NCBI GenBank assembly: GCA_016184225.1 | Contig: JACPDA010000004.1 | Span: forward strand, 409,671 to 473,670 | Direction of reading: 5' to 3' | Length of the DNA stretch: 64,000 nucleotides | Source: Candidatus Daviesbacteria bacterium | Lineage (GTDB): Bacteria > Patescibacteriota > Microgenomatia > Daviesbacterales > UBA10151 | Shown here: positions 58,205-64,000 of the stretch, piece after piece | Layout: each line of letters opens with the position of its first letter | How positions within the stretch are numbered: the stretch's first letter is position 1 | Notes under the pieces: generated by a model | Databases searched by the model: none | Told to the model about the DNA's origin: nothing | What the model saw: only the letters and a program-made list of their open reading frames with translations | Translations under genes and position numbers: made by a program

Positions 58205-58402
58205 ATGAACAGAATAATTAGGTTTTTCTTTCTGATATTTATTGTCTTAGTTTTTCCGCCAAAAGCTTATGCCTATTTGGACCCGGGGACCGGCAGTTAT
58301 TTTTTTCAGATATTGATCGGGATAGTTATCGGAGGGCTCGTCAGTATCAAAATATTTTGGAAAAAAATTAAAGACTTCTTCAATGGTAAAAAAGAAAATT
58401 AA
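58205..58402 (+). CDS. Small hydrophobic protein (65 aa). Hypothetical.
   Basis: Two hydrophobic segments. No similarity recognised. Confidence 0.25.
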   Translation: MNRIIRFFFLIFIVLVFPPKAYAYLDPGTGSYFFQILIGIVIGGLVSIKIFWKKIKDFFNGKKEN

Positions 58403-59600
58403 CAATCAGCACAACAGGATTAACATCTTCGCATTAGCTGCCACAGGTTTAGGTATCTCTGGTGGGGATAGAATCTTTATTGAATTTGCTAGAAGGTGGA
58501 ACAAAGAAATGCCTGTGGAAATCTATGTTTCGGAGGAAGGATACCAAATGTGCCTCAGGCAGAATTTGAAAGAAAGCAAAGATTTACGATTTACGATTTA
58601 CGATTTACGAACATGGAATAAATTAGGATTTATAGCGAATTATGTCGTTAGAATTTTAACAGGGATAAAAATTGGTCTGACTCTCAAATTAGAAAATTCA
58701 CAAAATTCAATTATTTATTCTGCTTCCGAATTTTGGATGGATTCGCTACCGGCTTTTTTGCTGAAATTACGCTTTCCAAAAATCAAATGGGCAGCTGCCT
58801 GGTACCAGACTGCGCCCAATCCGTTTAAGGGTTTCTCAGAAGGTGAAGCAGGGACAAGGGATAGACTGAGAGCGCTTATTTACTGGCTTATCCAGCTTCC
58901 CATTAAACCCCTGATTTCCGGATTTGCTGATTATGTTCTGGTTAATAACGACGGGGAGAAAAAACAATTCCCCAATCTTGATAAAAGGGGTAGGGCTCTA
59001 GTGGTTTTAGGGGCGGTAGATTTGGAGGGAATAAAAAGTTGGAAATTGAAGTTTAGAAACTTACCAAAAATTTATGAGGCAGTTTTTCAGGGCAGGTTTC
59101 ATCCGCAAAAAGGAGTAATGGAACTGATTGATATCTGGAAACATGTGGCAGCTAAGAAACCGGATGCCAAACTGGTGATGATTGGAGACGGACCATTAAT
59201 GGAAAATGTAAAATTACAAATTACAAATTACAAATTAAATAAAAATATAATCCTTAAAGGCTATATGTTTGATGGGGAAGAGAAATTTAAAATTTTTGCC
59301 CAAAGCAGAATTGTAGTGCATCCGGCATTTTTTGATTCCGGAGGCATGGCTTCTGCTGAAGCAATGGCTTTCGGACTTCCTTGTGTAGGTTTTAATCTAG
59401 GGGCCTATAAATACTATTACCCGAAAGGGATGGAGAAAGTTAGAGAAGGGGATATTAAAGCCTTTGCAGATAAAGTCGCAGAGTTCTTACAGGATAATAA
59501 TTTATACAGAAAGGTAGCTAACAAGGCATTACACCTTATAGGTGATAAATGGTCTTGGGAATACCGGGCTCGTCAAATCCTCAACGCAGTGTTAGAATAA
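58383..59600 (+). CDS. GT4 (GT-B) glycosyltransferase containing two internal heptanucleotide repeat tracts.
   Basis: C-terminal FDSGGMASAEAMAFGLPCVGFNLG (EX7E region). See the repeat features at 58581..58608 and 59211..59238. Confidence 0.75.
   Translation: MVKKKINNQHNRINIFALAATGLGISGGDRIFIEFARRWNKEMPVEIYVSEEGYQMCLRQNLKESKDLRFTIYDLRTWNKLGFIANYVVRILTGIKIGLTLKLENSQNSIIYSASEFWMDSLPAFLLKLRFPKIKWAAAWYQTAPNPFKGFSEGEAGTRDRLRALIYWLIQLPIKPLISGFADYVLVNNDGEKKQFPNLDKRGRALVVLGAVDLEGIKSWKLKFRNLPKIYEAVFQGRFHPQKGVMELIDIWKHVAAKKPDAKLVMIGDGPLMENVKLQITNYKLNKNIILKGYMFDGEEKFKIFAQSRIVVHPAFFDSGGMASAEAMAFGLPCVGFNLGAYKYYYPKGMEKVREGDIKAFADKVAEFLQDNNLYRKVANKALHLIGDKWSWEYRARQILNAVLE
58581..58608. repeat. Perfect heptanucleotide tandem repeat (GATTTAC)x4, plus a partial GA, inside the GT4 coding sequence.
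   Basis: Read directly: gatttacgatttacgatttacgatttacga. Encodes DLRFTIYDLRT. Confidence 0.9.
59211..59238. repeat. Heptanucleotide tandem repeat (AAATTAC)x3 plus one imperfect unit, inside the same GT4 coding sequence.
   Basis: Read directly: aaattacaaattacaaattacaaattaa. Encodes KLQITNYKLN. Confidence 0.85.
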
Positions 59601-59609
59601 CTTCCTAAT

Positions 59610-60548
59610 ATGAAAAGATCCTTACCAGGTGTTTCAGCGGTTATCCCGAGTTTTAATGACAAGAAAAAGGTGTTCAGGCTATTGGATTCTTTGAAAAAAT
59701 CAACTTATCCTAACATGGAAGTTATTGTGGTAGTAAACGGACCGGATGAGACTTTAACGGACGGAAAAAAGAAATATAAGACAAGCTTGTTGCTTCGCAA
59801 TAAGCGGGTGAAGTGGGTTGATGCCGGGAGGGAAAATATCGGACAGACAGGTTGTTATAACTTAGGCCTTGCCCATGCCAATAAAAAAAACCACATTCTC
59901 TATATTGATTCTGATGTGGTAGTTGATAAGGAGATGATTGGTAAACTGGTTAAAAGGGTGGAATCAGATAAAAAAATTGGCATTGTGACACCGATGATTT
60001 TATATCTCTCGGATAAAAATTGGGTCAATCAGGCAGGCTCTGATGTGAATCTGACCACCGGCAGGGTGAGGGTTGGCTGGGGCCCCAAGCGGGATTTTCT
60101 GTTTCCAAAAGAGGTTCAAAATTCCGGTACAGCCATGCTAATTAGAAGAAAAGTTATTGATAAAATCGGCGGGTTTGATAATTGGTTTTTATGTTATTTT
60201 GACCCGGATTATTGTCTGCGGGCAAAAAAGGCAGGTTTTTCTACCTGGTATGAACCAAAAGCAATTTGCTATCATGATCAATCTACAGATCCTAACGTAT
60301 GGCGGCCAAGAGTATTGGGCAGGGCATATCTCTTGGGTAGGAATCGGATTTTATTTATGAGAAGGCATGGCAATATGCTGACTTTTTCTTTATCTCTGCC
60401 TTTACTTTTGGGGTACTATCTTTTTGAGACGATGCGATTTGGGCAGATAAATAAATTTTTTGAATTGGCTTGGGGAAGTATAGTCGGTTATTTTTATCCC
60501 CTAAGTTCGGATAATTTTATTCCACTACCAAAGATAAAAAATGGGTAA
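59610..60548 (+). CDS. GT2 glycosyltransferase.
   Basis: VSAVIPSFNDKKKVFRLLDSL...VIVVVNGPDE...YIDSDVV (DxD). Confidence 0.75.
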   Translation: MKRSLPGVSAVIPSFNDKKKVFRLLDSLKKSTYPNMEVIVVVNGPDETLTDGKKKYKTSLLLRNKRVKWVDAGRENIGQTGCYNLGLAHANKKNHILYIDSDVVVDKEMIGKLVKRVESDKKIGIVTPMILYLSDKNWVNQAGSDVNLTTGRVRVGWGPKRDFLFPKEVQNSGTAMLIRRKVIDKIGGFDNWFLCYFDPDYCLRAKKAGFSTWYEPKAICYHDQSTDPNVWRPRVLGRAYLLGRNRILFMRRHGNMLTFSLSLPLLLGYYLFETMRFGQINKFFELAWGSIVGYFYPLSSDNFIPLPKIKNG

Positions 60549-60586
60549 AAAGGCATGATAGAATGAATTGATTCTAATTCTAAAAT

Positions 60587-62485
60587 ATGTATAAAATATT
60601 ACAAAACCGGTTTTTCTATCTTTCCTGTTTCCTGATAATACTTGTAGTGATAAGTCAATACACTCAATTGCAGTTGGCTATCGAAAGAGGTTATCCGGGA
60701 GATGATTGGGGGAATTGGTTGACGTTCAAATTTATCAGCGGTTCTTTCATTGATAAGATTATCCAAAATTGGCTAATTGCCGGGCCTCAGTTTCAAAGCT
60801 TCGGACTTTATCCGGGAATAATGGAGGCAATATTTAGGGAGAAGCATTACCTGATTAATATTGCGAGCATTGTCCTTAAAACTCTGGCCACTATTTCCAT
60901 ATTTCCGACCATTTATATAATTTCTAAAAATAAATTACTGGCTTTTTTAACAACTATTCTCTATGCCATCAGTCATTCTTCGGCCGGCGGGTTAGCCATT
61001 ATGGTAAATGGAGGTGAATACCTGGGGATTTTTTTGATGAATTTATCTTTAATTTTTTACTACCTTTCCGTTAAAAAATTTCATTTTTTTAATTTTCTTC
61101 CTGCCGTCCTGGCTTTATTTCTGGCTTTTGTGATAGCCCCAAACAGAGTTTATCCGATTTCATTTATTCTGGTTCTGGTGGAGATATTCTTAATTTTCAG
61201 AAGAAAAACCAGGTTAATGTTTTCATTGCTCAGAATATTTACAGTGATTAGTCCGGTAGTATTAATAGTTTTATTTTCCCCAAAACATATTAATTATGGT
61301 CTTCAAGTAAAAGGCGACACTTTGCAACTTATCCTGAACGGAAACTGGCATCTTCTTTTAACCAACACTTTATCAGGAATAGGTTATATGATGGTTAATT
61401 CGGAATTTATTAAACAGGCAAATATAAGTTTATCGGTTTTTGAAAGCCTCGGTTCGTATATGAGTTTTCTTGTAAGTAAGATATTTTGGTTTCTTATGTT
61501 AACATCCGCTGTCTTGTCCGTTTTTCTGTCCAAGAAACCTGTCAGATTCTTTATCACGGTTTTAGGTATAAACTTAATATTTGATGTTTTAAATTATTTC
61601 ATTTCCTCACATTTTTTATTTCTTCCCTCAAATTTAAGGTTGGAGCCGGATCAATACTTTTTCACAGCTCAAGTTGTCTTACCAATTGCTTTTTTTGCAA
61701 TTTCGCTGGCAATAGGTCTGTTGTTGGAATATATTCTGGAAAAAGAAAAGAAAACTATTTTATTATTACCCTTTTTTTCTTTGGCATTTTCAATAATATT
61801 TCTTTATTCGCCTTGGGTAATAGCCGGAAGATACTATACTCTTTGGCCGGTGCACCGTTATTTGACTGTGCCTCAACTTGGGGTTAGTTTATTCTTAGCC
61901 TCGCTGCTTGTAATTGCTTTTGGCAGAATATCCAGGCAACTTAGATTGTACTTTATTTTATTTATTATTCCCGCTCTTCTATTTTTTAATTATTTCCAGA
62001 GTAAACAGGAGATAGATAGTTTCTTTTATCAATACATAATTTCAGGTGGGAATATCACGGCTGAGGCAGTGGTGCAAAGGAAATTGCTAGACAAAATTCC
62101 CAAGTCAAAACTGAGAGAGAATGTAGCAATTTATATCTCCCCAGAGGCTAATTCCCCCCAGTCGCAATATTGGCTGACAGCCTTGAGTCTAGTTAATGTA
62201 GAACACTGGCTATCATTAAGAAAATCCTATCTTTATGACACAAAACAGCTGGATGGCTGTATAGTGGCCGTTTATGATATAAAGTTTCTGGAAGAAAAAG
62301 CCTTACTTAAAGATAAAACAGGTTTTGTAATGAGGGGGAAGTGTTTTGATCAGAAAGAAAAGCCGATCTTAATTGATAAAGAGGAGGTTTTCTTTCCGGT
62401 AGATAATTTTTATGCATTTAAAATGAAGGAAACAGAGCTTACTGATATTAGAGATGATATTTTACGGCAACTGCGGATGAACTGA
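60587..62485 (+). CDS. Family member 6 (subfamily X). Putative novel GT-C-like glycosyltransferase.
   Basis: ERGYPGDDWGNWLTFKF after TM1, about 13 TM helices, C-terminal IYISPEANS...DGCIVAVYD...FYAFKMKETELTDIRDDILRQLRM. Confidence 0.55.
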   Translation: MYKILQNRFFYLSCFLIILVVISQYTQLQLAIERGYPGDDWGNWLTFKFISGSFIDKIIQNWLIAGPQFQSFGLYPGIMEAIFREKHYLINIASIVLKTLATISIFPTIYIISKNKLLAFLTTILYAISHSSAGGLAIMVNGGEYLGIFLMNLSLIFYYLSVKKFHFFNFLPAVLALFLAFVIAPNRVYPISFILVLVEIFLIFRRKTRLMFSLLRIFTVISPVVLIVLFSPKHINYGLQVKGDTLQLILNGNWHLLLTNTLSGIGYMMVNSEFIKQANISLSVFESLGSYMSFLVSKIFWFLMLTSAVLSVFLSKKPVRFFITVLGINLIFDVLNYFISSHFLFLPSNLRLEPDQYFFTAQVVLPIAFFAISLAIGLLLEYILEKEKKTILLLPFFSLAFSIIFLYSPWVIAGRYYTLWPVHRYLTVPQLGVSLFLASLLVIAFGRISRQLRLYFILFIIPALLFFNYFQSKQEIDSFFYQYIISGGNITAEAVVQRKLLDKIPKSKLRENVAIYISPEANSPQSQYWLTALSLVNVEHWLSLRKSYLYDTKQLDGCIVAVYDIKFLEEKALLKDKTGFVMRGKCFDQKEKPILIDKEEVFFPVDNFYAFKMKETELTDIRDDILRQLRMN

Positions 62486-62495
62486 AACTACAAAA

Positions 62496-63773
62496 TTAAG
62501 GTTGCTCCATAACATCAACTATTTTTTCCCCTAGTTCTACTGCGTAATTTGTACCTCTATCCCAAGGATATACCATATCAAGATTAGAGATGTAAATCCC
62601 CTTTAAGGGTGTCTGAAAAATAGGAATTTTTTTAGGGTAATCAGTTGTAAAAACAGGTTGCGCATAAGGGTCAATAAAAAGTTTGTAGCTGAGAATATTT
62701 TGTCTGTAGTCTGGATTTATCTTTTTAAGATATGGATCAAATTTTTTAAGGAGACTGCCGGCATTTAAGCTTAAGTTCGGATGATCCGGATGCAAGTAAT
62801 TACCCACATATAATATATGTTTGTCAGAGTAAAATTTCTTGTTTATAAAATTAGTATGCTCAACAAGAACTAAAAATGGAAATTTTTTGTCTGTAATATT
62901 TAACCAATAGGTTTTTTTCATAAACTGTTTCTTAAGAATCAACACTAATACTTGAGCATGTAAATGTTTTACAGAATTTATCCGCTTAATATAATTCTTC
63001 GGTAATCCCTGTGCTATTTTACTAAAGACAGGGGAAGGGAGGGTTACAATTGCCTCATCAAATTTAAAACTTTTGCCGCTAGTTATTATGAGGATACCGC
63101 TTTTTAGGCTTTTCAAGCCGGTTACCTGAGAATTTAGTTTAACTTCCCCGCCTAACTTTTTGATCCTTTGGTTTAAATGGTCTGCAAATGCTTTGAAACC
63201 CCCTTCAGGGTAGGCCAAGGAAAAGGTTCTCTTTTTTATCCGTGCCCAAAACCATACCAGAGAAATTCTGTTTTTATAACTCCCGAATTTAGCTGAGAAA
63301 AGAGGATCCCAAATTAGCTTAGTCGCTTTATGTCCCATGAACTGTTTTATCCAAGTCAGAGCTGTTTTCCTTTCAAAAATTGACGGATTTGATATTAACT
63401 TTAAGTAAAGGGAAAAAAAGCCTACCCTTAAGCGTTCAATAAATGATAACGAGCGGAAAAATAAAAGCGAGAAAACAGAATCAAAAGGATATAATTTTCC
63501 ATTAATATAAACATCTGTACGTGGTCTTATAATATGTACTTTATGATCTATTTCTTTTGCTAGATGTAATATCGTACTGTCATTGGTAAACCAGTGATGA
63601 TAAGATTTTTCCAGTGCCCACTCCCAATCAAATAACTTAAAACCTTTCGCCAATCCGCCAATATCATTTTCTTTTTCAAAAATTGTAACTTGGTAACCCT
63701 TCTTTAAAAGTTTAAAAGCTGCTGTTAGTCCTGTAAAACCTCCACCAAGTATAGCTACTTTTCGGTTAATCAT
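62496..63773 (-). CDS. FAD/NAD(P)-binding oxidoreductase (amine-oxidase/protoporphyrinogen-oxidase-like fold, possibly UDP-galactopyranose-mutase-related).
   Basis: KVAILGGGFTGLTAAFKLLKKGYQVTIFEKENDIGG dinucleotide-binding motif and VELGEKI C-terminal FAD motif region. Confidence 0.6.
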   Translation of the reverse strand: MINRKVAILGGGFTGLTAAFKLLKKGYQVTIFEKENDIGGLAKGFKLFDWEWALEKSYHHWFTNDSTILHLAKEIDHKVHIIRPRTDVYINGKLYPFDSVFSLLFFRSLSFIERLRVGFFSLYLKLISNPSIFERKTALTWIKQFMGHKATKLIWDPLFSAKFGSYKNRISLVWFWARIKKRTFSLAYPEGGFKAFADHLNQRIKKLGGEVKLNSQVTGLKSLKSGILIITSGKSFKFDEAIVTLPSPVFSKIAQGLPKNYIKRINSVKHLHAQVLVLILKKQFMKKTYWLNITDKKFPFLVLVEHTNFINKKFYSDKHILYVGNYLHPDHPNLSLNAGSLLKKFDPYLKKINPDYRQNILSYKLFIDPYAQPVFTTDYPKKIPIFQTPLKGIYISNLDMVYPWDRGTNYAVELGEKIVDVMEQP

Positions 63774-63813
63774 TTGGCTATTATATGTTATACTCTTTGG
63801 GATTAAAACCCTT

Positions 63814-64000
63814 ATGAATGCTTTGGTTTCTGTAGTTATCGTGACACATAATAGAACTAAAGATTTAACAGAGTGTATTAGATCTTACATTAACTCAAGT
63901 TATAAAAATTTAGAAATCATAGTAGTTGATAACGGTTCTAAACCGCCGCTTGCCACCTGGCTGACAAAAAAATATCCCCGGGTGAAACTGGTTACTTCAG
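63814..64000 (+). CDS. GT2 glycosyltransferase, 3' end truncated by the window edge.
   Basis: ATG at 63814, translation MNALVSVVIVTHNRTKDLTECIRSYINSSYKNLEIIVVDNGSKPP is the standard GT2 N-terminus. Frame open to the window end. Confidence 0.55.
   Translation, partial: MNALVSVVIVTHNRTKDLTECIRSYINSSYKNLEIIVVDNGSKPPLATWLTKKYPRVKLVTS

Noticed and set aside
1-64000. Search for CRISPR arrays, tRNA/rRNA genes, transposases, integrases and phage genes.
   Set aside because: I saw no regularly spaced direct repeats, no cloverleaf-like GC-rich 75-90 nt islands in the few intergenic gaps, and no ORF with DDE transposase, tyrosine/serine recombinase or phage structural motifs. Coding density is near 95%, which leaves no room for such elements.

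Overview
This window is one continuous, densely packed surface-glycan biosynthesis island of about 55 genes in a low-GC genome (roughly 35% GC by eye). Gene ends are ordinary TGA stops, often in ATGA start-stop overlaps, so the standard bacterial genetic code applies. I found no rRNA, tRNA, CRISPR array, transposase or integrase. The content is dominated by glycosyltransferases: at least 9 GT2-type genes, several of them DPM1/GtrB-like polyprenol-phosphate sugar synthases; 5 GT4 enzymes; 3 tandem GT-C enzymes of the PMT_2/GT39-like type; and a Wzx-like flippase. These are accompanied by a large set of nucleotide-sugar genes: a GDP-mannose 3,5-epimerase homolog, two nucleotide-sugar dehydrogenases, five SDR epimerase/dehydratase/reductases, an RfbF CDP-glucose pyrophosphorylase, a WbpB/WbpD/WbpE-like trio for 3-acetamido sugars, a UDP-GlcNAc 2-epimerase, two paralogous TylCIII-like sugar C-methyltransferases, an O-carbamoyltransferase, other methyltransferases, and a homolog of the plant RGP/GT75 UDP-arabinopyranose mutase. 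The most striking feature is a six-member paralogous family of 580-630 aa polytopic membrane proteins. Each has an acidic DDW-type motif after the first transmembrane helix and a conserved C-terminal soluble domain. They sit beside DPM1-like GT2 genes, and I interpret them as an undescribed family of GT-C-like lipid-linked-sugar glycosyltransferases. Two further giant membrane proteins of 773 and about 900 aa may belong to the same functional class. Secondary observations: two heptanucleotide tandem repeats inside one GT4 gene; an apparently frameshifted LtaS/sulfatase-like membrane protein; a short remnant of a paralogous membrane-protein gene; and no recognisable priming phosphoglycosyltransferase. 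Every functional call comes from motif-level reading of the translated ORFs. No database searches were run.
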